This document shows positions 17,091-26,888 of a DNA stretch of 32,000 bases, piece by piece. Where the stretch lies: IMG/VR virus record IMGVR_UViG_3300045988_188311, positions 8,293 to 40,292 of that record, one strand, 5' to 3'. The position numbers and the translations under genes are program-made. This DNA comes from a virus. The stretch's first letter is position 1; every line of letters begins with the position of its first letter. A model generated the notes under the pieces. That model searched no databases. It was not told where the DNA came from and saw nothing but the letters and a program-made list of their open reading frames with translations.

Positions 17091-17449
17091 GGATTAAAGT
17101 TAAACTTGATGTTAAATCACTTCAAGAATTTAAACAATCAAGAGGACTTGAAGAACGTGGGCGTGTGCAACAAATGATTGATTCTGAAGTGATTAGGCTT
17201 ATGACACCTTACACGCCTAGAGATACAGGAGCATTAATTAACTCGGCTACAAGAAATACTCAAATCGGAAGTGGATTAGTAAAGCAAGGTGGACCAAGTG
17301 CCCCTTATGCTAGACGGTGGTATTACAACAAAGAGGGTGCTCATTTCGTAGGAGGTAAAACAGACCATTGGTTTGAAAAAGCTATGCGAAATGGTGGAGC
17401 AGAAACAATCTTAAAAAAAGCACAACAAATGATAGGAGACGGAGAATGA
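17087..17449 (+). CDS. HK97 gp10-like head-tail joining protein (ATA start overlapping the upstream TAG)
   Basis: The N-terminus GIKVKLDVKSLQEFKQ fits this family. GGGAGG (17071-17076) lies 10 nt before ATA 17087. The track's TTG 17069 lies upstream of the SD. Confidence 0.6.
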   Translation: MGIKVKLDVKSLQEFKQSRGLEERGRVQQMIDSEVIRLMTPYTPRDTGALINSATRNTQIGSGLVKQGGPSAPYARRWYYNKEGAHFVGGKTDHWFEKAMRNGGAETILKKAQQMIGDGE

Positions 17450-17865
17450 CAGTATCAAAAGCATTGATTCAATGGCTTTACGGCTATGGAAATATACAGA
17501 TAGATGAACGTATTGAAACGGATGTTTTAGCACAACAAGCTATCTCTTATGCGTTATACAAAGAACCTAACGCAATTGTAGATACATACATTGACGGCTC
17601 TCAAATGCGTACAGAATACTACACGTTTCTAGCTCGTAGGAATACACAGATTGAAGTTGAAAGGCAAGATAACAATGTTTTTCTAGAAGAATTAGAAAAT
17701 TGGATTGATGAAAAGAATTTAAACGGAGAATTGCCACAACTAGACGGAAACAGATATTGCGAGGATGTTTCCGTTTCAAGTGGTTTATATCTATACACGA
17801 ATGAGGATAGTCAAGCAGTATATGCGTTAACTATTCAAATTAAATACAGAAAGGAGCTTAATTAA
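17446..17865 (+). CDS. Tail completion / tail terminator protein (putative)
   Basis: Synteny. ATGA overlap start with the GGAGACGGAG context. Confidence 0.5.
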   Translation: MTVSKALIQWLYGYGNIQIDERIETDVLAQQAISYALYKEPNAIVDTYIDGSQMRTEYYTFLARRNTQIEVERQDNNVFLEELENWIDEKNLNGELPQLDGNRYCEDVSVSSGLYLYTNEDSQAVYALTIQIKYRKELN

Positions 17866-18371
17866 TAGCAACTCAAGGAACTGAAATAACTACAGGGCAG
17901 ACAGTCAAAAAGTATATGATTGGATTGTTCTTAGAAATGGGAACAGGTTACAAGCGAATTAAGAAGTCTACAACTTTAGATATTTCGTTTAACGGTGAAA
18001 CTGAAACGTATGACTTTATCGCAGATAAGAACCCAACAGAATCATTAAAGAGTTATTCACCTCAGATTTCGCAAGATTTAACAATGATTAAAGGCGAAGA
18101 TGACTTTGAATATATTTACGAACAAATGATGAAATCCGTTCCAAACAATGAAGAAGTAAACACAAAAGCTTTAATCGTCTTCATGTTTGACGGAGACAAG
18201 ACAAAAGGCTATAAAGCATGGGAAGTTGACTCAAAATTAATTTTCGACACGTTGAGTGGTGTTGATTCAAAAATCAACTTCAACATTAACTTTGCAAGCG
18301 ATATTCGTGTCGGTATTGCAAAGGTAGCAGATGGAACAGTAACATTTACAGAAGGCACATCAGAAGTATAA
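17865..18371 (+). CDS. Major tail (tube) protein (ATA start)
   Basis: AAAGGAG (17850-17856) lies 8 nt before ATA 17865, giving ATQGTEITTGQTVKKYMIG. The track's ATG 17916 lacks an SD. Position before the chaperones and tape measure fits. Confidence 0.7.
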   Translation: MATQGTEITTGQTVKKYMIGLFLEMGTGYKRIKKSTTLDISFNGETETYDFIADKNPTESLKSYSPQISQDLTMIKGEDDFEYIYEQMMKSVPNNEEVNTKALIVFMFDGDKTKGYKAWEVDSKLIFDTLSGVDSKINFNINFASDIRVGIAKVADGTVTFTEGTSEV

Positions 18372-18389
18372 AGAAAGAAGAGGTAAATC

Positions 18390-18752
18390 ATGAATAGAAT
18401 CACGTATGAAGGGAAACAGTATGAAATCCCACCAAAAACAATTGAAGTTTTAAAAGCAGAGGACGCTTGTAATGCATTTCACGCTACACATGAAGAAGCA
18501 TATCGAGCTAAATTCGACTATCTGAAAACAGTATTAACAGATGAACAAATTGAAAGCATGTTAGGAAGCGTAGACATTGAACAAGTTGATTTAATGGAAG
18601 TGTTGTATATTGTGAATTTAATTGATGAAGAATATTCAAGAAGAACAAATGAGCAAACAATGAAGAAAGCTAGAACATTAATGAACGATAAAGCAATCAA
18701 AAGCTTAATTGATGCAAGCAATGCAGTTTCAAAGATTACGGAAAAGAAATGA
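18390..18752 (+). CDS. Tail assembly chaperone (putative)
   Basis: Position directly upstream of the Gp15-like and tape-measure genes. SD AGAGGTAAA. Confidence 0.55.
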   Translation: MNRITYEGKQYEIPPKTIEVLKAEDACNAFHATHEEAYRAKFDYLKTVLTDEQIESMLGSVDIEQVDLMEVLYIVNLIDEEYSRRTNEQTMKKARTLMNDKAIKSLIDASNAVSKITEKK

Positions 18753-19312
18753 TTGATTTACGGACAAAAGGCTTGCCAAATAGCATACAGTCGCTAGATG
18801 GTGAGCCTATTTTATTAAATACAGATTTTCGATTGTGGATTCGCTTCTATGAAGAATTTGAAAGATTCAACAATCATGTTATTGATGAAGTGGATTGTTC
18901 TTATTTATTCGCAGATGAACCACCTATCATAGATGAGCATATTTTAAAAGAGTTAGAACGATTCCTATATAACCCTTCTAGTACGCCTAGAAGTGATTCT
19001 ACAGGCGTTAAGACATTGGATTATGTACAAGATGGGGAATATATTTATTCGGCTTTTATGCAACTTTACGGCATTGATTTAACTGAATGTGATATGCATT
19101 GGCACAAGTTCTTAGCATTGGCAAATAATATCGTTGGTGATTCAACTTTATGGGGATATGCAAAGAGTGTTAGAGGATATGAAAAACCTTCAAAAAATGA
19201 TACGCAAGATAAAGCATATCAAAGAGCAAAAGAAGCGTGGTCTTTCCCAATCGAATTAACAATAGAGGAACAAGAAATGAAAGATGAATTTGATTCATAT
19301 TTTGATGTTTAG
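18749..19312 (+). CDS. Phage Gp15-like protein (A118-type tail assembly)
   Basis: LLNTDFRLWIRFYEEFE resembles the Gp15-family motif as I recall it. The gene is in the -1 frame relative to the upstream chaperone but has its own ATG. Confidence 0.55.
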   Translation: MIDLRTKGLPNSIQSLDGEPILLNTDFRLWIRFYEEFERFNNHVIDEVDCSYLFADEPPIIDEHILKELERFLYNPSSTPRSDSTGVKTLDYVQDGEYIYSAFMQLYGIDLTECDMHWHKFLALANNIVGDSTLWGYAKSVRGYEKPSKNDTQDKAYQRAKEAWSFPIELTIEEQEMKDEFDSYFDV

Positions 19313-19332
19313 AAAAGGAGGTGGCAAATTGA

Positions 19333-21912
19333 ATATCAGACGGAACATTAAAGTTTGAAACAAAGATTGATACAAGTGGTCTAGAGAATGGTATTAAATC
19401 TGTAAAGGTTGTATCAAGTGAAGCAACAAATGCTATTAAAGATACTTCAAAAGCGATTGATAAGCTAGGCTCTGATGGTTCAAAAGCACCACCAAAAATC
19501 AAAGAAAAACTTAAAGATTTAAACGAAGAGCAAAAGAATACACAAACAGAAACGCAAGAAACAGGTTCTAAATTTGATGTATTTAAACAAGTAGGAAACA
19601 GTGCCTTAGAATCAATTCAAGGTGGATTTGATGGACTATTAGGAAAGATTCAGAACATTAGTCCGGAAGCTTCTGCAATCACTGAAACCTTAACAGGATT
19701 AGGCGTAGGAGGTGTCGTTGGTGTTACTGCCGTAGCAGGAGCCGTCGGTGGTATGGCACTAGCTATTAAGACAGGTGTTAACCAAGCTATGGAATTAGAT
19801 GACGCTATGGCAAAGTTTCAAGCTCAGACAGGTGCTTCAAGTAATGAAATGAGCAAATTTAAAAACATTGCTCGTGATGTTTGGTCTAATAATTTCGGTG
19901 AAGATATTTCAGATGTAGCCGATATGATGGGCCGTGTCAAACAACAAATGCAAGGCATAAGTGATATTGATTTAAAGAATGTTACAGAAGACTTGATTAC
20001 ATTAAGAGACGTTTACGGCATGGATGAAAATGAGACTCTTAGAGGTGCAAAGCAATTAATGGAACAGTTCGGAATTAGTTCCGAAAAAGCTTTTGACCTT
20101 ATGGCAAAAGGTGCTCAGAATGGTTTGAATTATTCCGATGAATTAGGAGACAATATCGCAGAATACGCAGGTAAATTCAAGCAAGCAGGATATTCGGTAG
20201 AAGAATATTTCCAAACTATGACAAATGGTGTAAAAGGCGGTTCTTATAACCTTGATAAAATGCAAGACGCAGTAAATGAAATTACTACACGAATGTCAGA
20301 CGGAACTATTGAAAAATCATTAGATAGTTTTAACGATAAAACAAAAGAAGTTTTTCAGGCATATAAAGAAGGCGGTGCAACACAGAAAGATGTACAAGAC
20401 GCAATTGTCCAAGATATTAAGGAAACAACAAATCAACAAGAAGCATTAAATAAAGCAAGCATTGCATTCGGCACAATGGGAGAAGATTTCAACCTTAAGT
20501 TTATTACATCCTTATCATCTGTAGGTGATGAATATAACAATGTAGCCGGAACAATGGATAAGGTTAAAGCTATTGCAAATGGTGGATTAAAGAACGCTTT
20601 AAGCGGATTAGGCCGTGCATTTCTTGATTCATTTACTCCAATAGGCGAACTTATTACTCCTATTCTTTCCGGTATTATTGGATTGATAACTGTAGCGATA
20701 CAAGGTATTCAACAAGGGTTTGCAAAAGTTGGTGATGTAATTTCAAATGTATTAAGTAAGATTGATACAAGTGGAATTACAGAATTGACAAGTCAAGTTT
20801 CCAAAGTGTTAGCTCCTGCGTTTAAAGAAGTAAAAAAAGCAATTGACGAAATGAAAGTTGCGCTTGAACCTATCGCAAAAGAAATCTTAGGTAAAATTGG
20901 TAACGCAATTCAAAATGTAGTAAACCAAGCTCAAAAGATTCTTAGTGTAGTAGGACCACCAATTCTAGCGATTATCAAAAAGATTATTCAAACGGTAGTT
21001 GGAATGATTCCTGTAATAACATCTATTCTTCAAGTAGTTGGAAGTGTTGTAAGTGGTATCATCTCATTTATTAATACAGTAATTTCTGTTGTAGGAACTG
21101 CAATTGCAACAATACTAGGCTTTATCATGCCTATTGTTCAAATTGTAGCTACAATTGTAGCGAATATTTGGTCTGTAATATTAATAGTTGCGCAGAATAT
21201 TTGGAGCAAAGTCAGTGAAGTAGTAACTGCAATTATTGGATTTGTAAGCAATTTGTTTAAAATAGTTTCGGACATCATAAACAATATTTGGAGTAAGATT
21301 CAAGATTCCATGAACAAGGTAAGAGACAAGGTTCAAGGCGTTGTCGACAATATTAATAAATATTTCAATAATGTTAAGGATACCGTTTCGGATGTATTCA
21401 ATGGTATTTGGTCTAAAGTTCAAGGTGTAATGGATAATGTAGGTAATAAAATTTCAAATGTTCTACAAGGAATACAGAATTCATGGAATGGCTTGACAGG
21501 GTTTGTAAGTGGCGTATTTGGTGGAATTGAAGGAGCGGTTAGTTCATTAGTTGGAAGTGTAAAAGGAATGGTAAATGGTGTTATCGGTGGCATTAACGGC
21601 GCTATCGGTATCATCAACAAGATTCCCGGTGTACACATTGGAAGGATTCCAAGACTAGAGCGTGGGGGTGTATTGAAGCGTGGTCAAATCGGTTTATTGG
21701 AAGGTAATGGAGCAGAAGCAGTCGTTCCTTTAGAAAAAAACAAAGCATGGATTCGTGCCGTAGCTAAAGATATGGCTCAAATCATGCCGAGCGTTACAAC
21801 TAATAACAACGGACAAACTATCAATTTCTACAATAAAGCTCAAAGTCCGGATGAAATCGCTAGAATGTTACGTATGCAAGCAAGATATGGATATGGAGGT
21901 GTGGTTCAATAG
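19333..21912 (+). CDS. Tape measure protein (ATA start, 859 aa)
   Basis: The frame is open for 140 codons upstream of the track's ATG 19753. GGAGGTGG (19317-19324) lies 8 nt before ATA 19333. The N-terminus SDGTLKFETKIDTSGLENGIK is TMP-like. Hydrophobic core with IWSKV repeats. Confidence 0.85.
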   Translation: MSDGTLKFETKIDTSGLENGIKSVKVVSSEATNAIKDTSKAIDKLGSDGSKAPPKIKEKLKDLNEEQKNTQTETQETGSKFDVFKQVGNSALESIQGGFDGLLGKIQNISPEASAITETLTGLGVGGVVGVTAVAGAVGGMALAIKTGVNQAMELDDAMAKFQAQTGASSNEMSKFKNIARDVWSNNFGEDISDVADMMGRVKQQMQGISDIDLKNVTEDLITLRDVYGMDENETLRGAKQLMEQFGISSEKAFDLMAKGAQNGLNYSDELGDNIAEYAGKFKQAGYSVEEYFQTMTNGVKGGSYNLDKMQDAVNEITTRMSDGTIEKSLDSFNDKTKEVFQAYKEGGATQKDVQDAIVQDIKETTNQQEALNKASIAFGTMGEDFNLKFITSLSSVGDEYNNVAGTMDKVKAIANGGLKNALSGLGRAFLDSFTPIGELITPILSGIIGLITVAIQGIQQGFAKVGDVISNVLSKIDTSGITELTSQVSKVLAPAFKEVKKAIDEMKVALEPIAKEILGKIGNAIQNVVNQAQKILSVVGPPILAIIKKIIQTVVGMIPVITSILQVVGSVVSGIISFINTVISVVGTAIATILGFIMPIVQIVATIVANIWSVILIVAQNIWSKVSEVVTAIIGFVSNLFKIVSDIINNIWSKIQDSMNKVRDKVQGVVDNINKYFNNVKDTVSDVFNGIWSKVQGVMDNVGNKISNVLQGIQNSWNGLTGFVSGVFGGIEGAVSSLVGSVKGMVNGVIGGINGAIGIINKIPGVHIGRIPRLERGGVLKRGQIGLLEGNGAEAVVPLEKNKAWIRAVAKDMAQIMPSVTTNNNGQTINFYNKAQSPDEIARMLRMQARYGYGGVVQ

Positions 21913-22778
21913 ATGTCAATAAAGTAAGAGTTATTGTCCGTAGGGATGATGGCAAAGAATTTGAAATCGACAACAAAAGATGGAGAATACCATCTAGTGA
22001 CGGATTAGATGGATTTGATTATGTAGCACCTTCATATACTACACAAGACAATGCATTTGGAAATGGTGCTAGATTAATCGGTTCACGTATTCCAACGAAA
22101 GAAAGAAGCGTGAAAGCTATCTTTAAGGGCTCGCTAGAAGAAAAAAGAGAAGAAAGGGAGAAGCTACGGCGCTTCTTCCAATATTCTCATGTCTTTGATG
22201 TAATAGTTGAGTATATGGGAGAAAAGAAATATTGCAGAGGTCGTTTATATGCGTATAGCTTGCCTACTGTTAACATCTACAAAGATTTAGAGCTTAACTT
22301 TACGATTCTATGCACGCAACCTTTATTGCTTTCATTTGATGATTTCGCAAGGAATATCGCAGAAATTGGCGAAGGTTTAGCGTTCAATTTTGAAATACCG
22401 GAAACAGGCGTAAACTTTGGAACATTTACATTCGCTAGAGAAATCTATATTGATAATCAAGGTGATACAGAAACATACTGTAGAGCCGTTATTGAAGCGT
22501 TTGGAGAGGTTACAAATCCAAAACTATTCAACAAAGATAAATATATTCGTGTATTAGATACGCTACACAATGGTGATGTATTAGAAATTGATTTAGTTTC
22601 TGAGCCTATCTCGATTAAAAAGAATGGTGTGAATTGTATTGGCAAAGTTGACAGAACATCATCATTCAATGATATGACAATTCAGTTAGGCGAGAATATC
22701 ATAGGATATACTGCCGACAATGGAGATACGAATCTAGCTTGCACTGTTTACTATAATGAAAGGTATTTAGGTTTATAA
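21909..22778 (+). CDS. Distal tail protein Dit (ATA start overlapping the TMP TAG)
   Basis: The frame is open for 67 codons upstream of the track's GTG 22110. GGAGGTG (21895-21901) lies 7 nt before ATA 21909. Position after the TMP fits. Confidence 0.7.
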   Translation: MDVNKVRVIVRRDDGKEFEIDNKRWRIPSSDGLDGFDYVAPSYTTQDNAFGNGARLIGSRIPTKERSVKAIFKGSLEEKREEREKLRRFFQYSHVFDVIVEYMGEKKYCRGRLYAYSLPTVNIYKDLELNFTILCTQPLLLSFDDFARNIAEIGEGLAFNFEIPETGVNFGTFTFAREIYIDNQGDTETYCRAVIEAFGEVTNPKLFNKDKYIRVLDTLHNGDVLEIDLVSEPISIKKNGVNCIGKVDRTSSFNDMTIQLGENIIGYTADNGDTNLACTVYYNERYLGL

Positions 22779-22779
22779 C

Positions 22780-23793
22780 ATGTCTTATTTTGGATTAGAT
22801 AAAGATTTCAATATCGTCACGCACTTAGCACCTTATAACGTACAGTGGAATCGGCGATATTATGAAACAGGAGATTTTGAGATTTATATTGATATAGGTC
22901 AATATTCGAGTGATATCAAATATATTTATTCAACAGAGGATAAAGAGTTAGGAATTGTAGAAATACCACATTATTCCGTTTCAAACAACACGAAACAAAT
23001 GTTGCTAAAAGGTTCATTTTTTGAAAAGATACTAGCAGATGATTGTATTTATCCTACATTCTCAAGCAGTGGAAAAATTGTTGATGTGGTCAAAAAGCTA
23101 TTAGACAAGTATTGCTCATGGGAAATGGGGTATAGATATGATGAATCCATTACGGATAGAGTAGACTTTCAAGAAACAGGAGCGAACCTTGATACAAAAC
23201 TTTATGAATTGCTATATCCATTAGAATTGTCTTTTCGTATAGAATACGACTATGTATCAAGTACGTTCACATTCGTATTGTATCGTGGTCGTGATTTGAC
23301 TCAAAACAATTCAGATGGAAACAATTTTGTGACATTCTCTACAGAGTTCGGAAACATTGAAGAACCGGATGTTATGATTGATTCTAGTAAATACAAGAAC
23401 TATGCAATCGTTTGTGGTGAAGGACAGTCAGAAGAACGTATATACGTTGAATATGACGCTAGAATAGATAAGAATGAGCGAATTAAGAAATTGTTCGTAG
23501 ACGCACGTTCTGAGCGCATGGGGGACGATATTACACTTGATGAATATAAGAAGATATTGATTCAAAAAGGGATTGAAAAACTAGCGGATTGTCAAATTGA
23601 AGAGAATGTGAATTTCGGATTGAATACGGATTCATACGAATACAAAGTTGATTTCGATTTAGGCGATAAGGTGGATGTGATTGTAGCAGATATCGGATTA
23701 GTAATGACTGCAAGAATTAGAAATATATTTGAAGTCGTTAAGAGTGGATATAGAACCCTAGAATTAGAGGTTGATAATTTAAAAATCATGTAA
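22780..23793 (+). CDS. Siphovirus Gp37-like tail/baseplate protein
   Basis: Position after Dit. The N-terminus (FNIV..LAPYNVQWNRRYYETGDFEIYI) resembles the ReqiPepy6 Gp37-like family as I recall it. Confidence 0.55.
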   Translation: MSYFGLDKDFNIVTHLAPYNVQWNRRYYETGDFEIYIDIGQYSSDIKYIYSTEDKELGIVEIPHYSVSNNTKQMLLKGSFFEKILADDCIYPTFSSSGKIVDVVKKLLDKYCSWEMGYRYDESITDRVDFQETGANLDTKLYELLYPLELSFRIEYDYVSSTFTFVLYRGRDLTQNNSDGNNFVTFSTEFGNIEEPDVMIDSSKYKNYAIVCGEGQSEERIYVEYDARIDKNERIKKLFVDARSERMGDDITLDEYKKILIQKGIEKLADCQIEENVNFGLNTDSYEYKVDFDLGDKVDVIVADIGLVMTARIRNIFEVVKSGYRTLELEVDNLKIM

Positions 23794-23806
23794 AGGAGTG
23801 AATTTA

Positions 23807-24316
23807 ATAAAAAAGAAAGATGATGGAGGATTTAAGCAAATAGCAAGAAGTATGTATTTTCTAGACAAAATGAATGCAATAGGGGGTGTAGCCGTTGCCG
23901 TATTAACATACGTATTAGGTGAACATTGGTATTTATTCGCATTCTTCTTATTCATGAACGTTGTGGATTACATTACAGGGTGCATGAAATCGGCTATCGC
24001 TCACAAGCTAAACAGTAATAAAGGATGGATTGGAGTCCTTAAAAAGCTAGGATATTGGATTATGATTGTGGTTGCGTTTGCATTCAGTGTATTCTTGGTG
24101 GAAATTGGCGAAATGTTAGGAATTGATTTCCGTGTAACTACATTATTAGGTTGGTTTGTACTAGCTTCTCTATGTATTAATGAGGTGCGTAGTATCATTG
24201 AGAACCTTGTACAATGTGGATATAGCGTCCCTAGTGTATTAACTAAAGGATTAGAAGTAGCAGATAAACTCATTAACGAAGAACAAGACAATGACGACTC
24301 AAGTACCTTGGAATGA
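23807..24316 (+). CDS. Holin, 'toxin secretion/phage lysis' (TcdE-like, holin_4_1) class (ATA start)
   Basis: FFLFMNVVDYITGCMKSAI...SNKGWIGVLKKLGYWIMIVVA plus several TM segments. AAAGGAG (23792-23798) lies 8 nt before ATA 23807. The track's GTG 23798 is inside the SD. Confidence 0.7.
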   Translation: MKKKDDGGFKQIARSMYFLDKMNAIGGVAVAVLTYVLGEHWYLFAFFLFMNVVDYITGCMKSAIAHKLNSNKGWIGVLKKLGYWIMIVVAFAFSVFLVEIGEMLGIDFRVTTLLGWFVLASLCINEVRSIIENLVQCGYSVPSVLTKGLEVADKLINEEQDNDDSSTLE

Positions 24317-24557
24317 GATTATTCTTGAAGAATTCATTAACTTAGCATTATTAACTAAGGATGAAGAAATGATTCTAAGAACTAGAATATACGGATGGAC
24401 AGTTAGAGAGCAAGCAGATAGATTGGATATGAGTGTTTCTAGCGTGAATAGAATCATTAAACGAATCAAGAATAAGTATGATGATGTAGAAAAATATAGC
24501 GCAATTCTACCACCTAGAAAAACCAGTAAAAAAGAAACAAATCTAGATGATGATTAA
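24291..24557 (+). CDS. Small sigma-70 region-4-like HTH protein
   Basis: LTKDEEMILRTRIYGWTVREQADRLDMSVSSVNRIIKRIKNKY. Overlaps the holin's 3' end by 26 nt. No clear SD. Confidence 0.5.
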   Translation: MTTQVPWNEIILEEFINLALLTKDEEMILRTRIYGWTVREQADRLDMSVSSVNRIIKRIKNKYDDVEKYSAILPPRKTSKKETNLDDD

Positions 24558-24581
24558 GAGGTTGAAAAGCCTCTTTTTTTG
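24557..24581 (+). terminator. Rho-independent terminator (GAAA tetraloop)
   Basis: AGAGGTT-GAAA-AGCCTCT followed by TTTTTTT. Confidence 0.75.
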
Positions 24582-24658
24582 ACATTTATATGATATTAAC
24601 ACGGAAACAAATTGAGATTGAACCTGAATATAATTAGGGTTGTAAAGAGGTGAGCGAA

Positions 24659-25084
24659 ATGTATAATCCAATCAATGACAGAATTAACAATTTAATGAAT
24701 CAAAAGCAGATGATTGAATCACAATTACAAAATATTCAACAGTTAGCAAATATTCCACCTATTAATATTAATAATCAAATTACACCTAACATGGCATTAA
24801 ATGATTTCAATGGAAAATGGGTCAACAATGAGCAAGAAGCAAGAAATATGATTGTAAATGGTTTGCCTAGTATTATGCTAGATAGAAATGATTCAGTGTT
24901 CTATATGAAATCATTAGACGGCAGTTTCAAGAAATACAGATTCCAAGAAGAAACAGAGCCAAAGAAAGACAATATAGAACAACGCTTAGACAAGCTAGAA
25001 GCTATGATATTAGGCTTAACAAACGGAAATAATATAAATACAAAGGCAGAGAAAGAAACGCCTAGAAAGGAGCTTAAAGCGTGA
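24659..25084 (+). CDS. Hypothetical Q/N-rich protein
   Basis: The ATG at 24659 is 8 nt after GAGGTG (24645-24650). The track's GTG 24650 lies in the SD. N-terminal Q/N/I-rich coil. Confidence 0.6.
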   Translation: MYNPINDRINNLMNQKQMIESQLQNIQQLANIPPININNQITPNMALNDFNGKWVNNEQEARNMIVNGLPSIMLDRNDSVFYMKSLDGSFKKYRFQEETEPKKDNIEQRLDKLEAMILGLTNGNNINTKAEKETPRKELKA

Positions 25085-25290
25085 ATCCTTTAATGAATAT
25101 GATGAACCCTCAACAGATGTTGTTAGGGATGTTACAACAAAAAAATCCACAAGCATTTAATCAAGTACAACAATTAATGCGAAGTGGGCAGAATCCCCAA
25201 GTATTATTAAATAATATGATGGGGCAGTTAACGCCACAACAGAAGCAACAATTTGAAAACGTGGCTAGTCAATATGGGCTAAAACGCTAA
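25081..25290 (+). CDS. Small Met/Gln/Pro-rich protein
   Basis: GTG start 8 nt after AAGGAG. Product: MNPLMNMMNPQQMLLGMLQQKNPQAFNQVQQLM... Confidence 0.55.
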   Translation: MNPLMNMMNPQQMLLGMLQQKNPQAFNQVQQLMRSGQNPQVLLNNMMGQLTPQQKQQFENVASQYGLKR

Positions 25291-25314
25291 TTGCGTTGAA
25301 AGGAGGAAATATAA

Positions 25315-25926
25315 ATGGAAAGCATGAATGGTATTCAACCAATGTACGATTTAGCAGACAGAAACAACAATGAATGGGGTAGTGGAAATTGGATTTGGAT
25401 TATCCTTCTATTCTTCTTATTTGGCGGAAATTGGGGTAATAATGGCAACTTGCAGAATGACGCATTAATGAATCAAGAATTTATTAAACGTGATTTATTC
25501 AATACAAACCAGAATGTATCTAGCCAAGGTTACCAAAATTCAAGAGATATCTTAGAAAGCCGATACACTACACAATTAGGTTTACAGAATCTAGGTCAAC
25601 AGAACCAAGAATGTTGTTGTGCAACGCAAAGAGCGATTGATGGTGTAAACGCACAAAGCTTTAAGAATACGTGCGATATTACAACTGCAATTCACTCAGA
25701 AGGCGAAGCAACAAGAGCATTGATTAATGCTAACACAATGCAAGAGTTGCGTGATAAATTAGCAGACAGAGACCGAGAGCTATTGACTACTAATTTCCAA
25801 TTGAGTCAACAAGCGCAATCTGCGAATATCATTAATACATTGCAACCAACGCCAAAACCTGCATATATTACTTGCTCGCCTTATTACGCATACAATATGA
25901 CAGGTTGCGGATGCAATCAAATCTAG
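25315..25926 (+). CDS. Membrane-anchored Q/N-rich protein with Cys clusters
   Basis: Consensus SD. A TM segment WIWIILLFFLF is flanked by G/N/W repeats. Also contains ECCCATQ and the C-terminal ITCSPYYAYNMTGCGCNQI. Confidence 0.6.
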   Translation: MESMNGIQPMYDLADRNNNEWGSGNWIWIILLFFLFGGNWGNNGNLQNDALMNQEFIKRDLFNTNQNVSSQGYQNSRDILESRYTTQLGLQNLGQQNQECCCATQRAIDGVNAQSFKNTCDITTAIHSEGEATRALINANTMQELRDKLADRDRELLTTNFQLSQQAQSANIINTLQPTPKPAYITCSPYYAYNMTGCGCNQI

Positions 25927-25961
25927 CTCGAAAGAGATTAGGCAACAGCCTTTGGATTATA

Positions 25962-25990
25962 GGGTAGTCGAAAGGCTACCCATTTATTTT
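25962..25990 (+). terminator. Rho-independent terminator (GAAA tetraloop)
   Basis: GGGTAGTC-GAAA-GGCTACCC followed by ATTTATTTT. Confidence 0.65.
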
Positions 25991-26008
25991 ATATAGGAGG
26001 AAAAGAAA

Positions 26009-26428
26009 ATGATTAATAGTATAGCAACGGCAATTCAGACTGTATCAAATGGACAAAATGTATTATTTCCAACGGATAGAGTAAGAACGAAATCATGTCA
26101 ATGTGCTTGTAAAGGTTGGCTCGCTCATGATGTAGGTAGTGGACTATTCACATTGACGAAACAAGGAATCTATGAAGTAGAATATACTGCAGATATTACA
26201 AGTGAAACAGTAGGAGTTGCTTCTTTAGAATTAGAACAGAATGGAGAAGCAGTAGGAGGGACAGAATCTTCATATAATGTAGCTACTGCGAATGCATACG
26301 GAAATGTAAGTGGAGCTACATTGATTCAAGTACCTTGTGGAGCTTCTTACACCATCACATTAGGAAATAACAGTGGTTTAGATTTATCTGTTCAGAATGC
26401 GAATATCATCATTAAGAAATTAGCGTAG
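26009..26428 (+). CDS. BclA C-terminal-domain-like (C1q/TNF-like jelly-roll) protein without a collagen stalk
   Basis: GLFTLTKQGIYEVEYTADITSETVG..LELEQNGEAVGGTESS...NANIIIKKLA parallels my recollection of the Bacillus BclA C-terminal domain (..FYKITV..IQVNG..SASIIIEKVA). Confidence 0.6.
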   Translation: MINSIATAIQTVSNGQNVLFPTDRVRTKSCQCACKGWLAHDVGSGLFTLTKQGIYEVEYTADITSETVGVASLELEQNGEAVGGTESSYNVATANAYGNVSGATLIQVPCGASYTITLGNNSGLDLSVQNANIIIKKLA

Positions 26429-26435
26429 GTGTATC

Positions 26436-26873
26436 ATGCAAGAGGTTAGGAAACGAAATCTAGACCTCTTAACGGAAGCAATGAGAGGACTAGAAAAAGG
26501 ATACAATGATTTAGATTTCAGAGTCATGAGCCAAGCTTTAGACAATATCAAAGACATCGATACAATACTAGCTATGAGTGATGGAAGAACGGCTATAAAT
26601 TCATTAAAAACAAATGATACAGATATCGAAGGAACGGAAATTGATGACAATATCGCATTGATGAATAGCCATTTCAGAAAATATATAGAAGCAAAAAAAG
26701 AATATCGAAAAGATAACAATGAAATTGATAAGCGAACTTCTATTCGTGAATTAGAAGCTTTTCTTAGTGCTATGTATGGGATTTTAGAAGAAATGAAAAC
26801 GTCTAGCGATTTTCAAGAAGAAAGAGAAATGGTTAGAGATAAATTAAGAGAAATGTTCTCTGTATATCAGTAA
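26436..26873 (+). CDS. Hypothetical helical protein
   Basis: ATG after TAGGTG. No motif recognised. Confidence 0.55.
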   Translation: MQEVRKRNLDLLTEAMRGLEKGYNDLDFRVMSQALDNIKDIDTILAMSDGRTAINSLKTNDTDIEGTEIDDNIALMNSHFRKYIEAKKEYRKDNNEIDKRTSIRELEAFLSAMYGILEEMKTSSDFQEEREMVRDKLREMFSVYQ

Positions 26874-26888
26874 AAAAAACCTCTTTTA

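Noticed and set aside
18700-18760. Programmed -1 frameshift joining the two tail-chaperone ORFs.
   Set aside because: The downstream ORF is in the -1 frame, as in the G/GT paradigm. However, I see no X_XXY_YYZ slippery heptamer near GGAAAAGAAATGA, and the downstream ORF has its own ATG in an ATGA overlap. The frameshift is not excluded, but the sequence does not support it.
948-26719. Minus-strand track ORFs embedded in + strand genes: 948..1160, 1784..2038, 3306..3611, 6311..6541, 6327..6536, 7323..7520, 9679..9882, 10394..10588, 10711..10899, 12269..12466, 13425..13907, 13974..14219, 17567..17779, 18209..18403, 18518..18721, 19170..19502, 21181..21423, 21420..21638, 22457..22669, 23531..23713, 23592..23789, 24001..24291 and 26420..26719.
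   Set aside because: Each lies wholly antisense to a + strand gene that has clear phage motifs or synteny. None has a Shine-Dalgarno site, and their products are low-complexity S/F/L/I-rich, as expected from antisense reading of AT-rich coding DNA.
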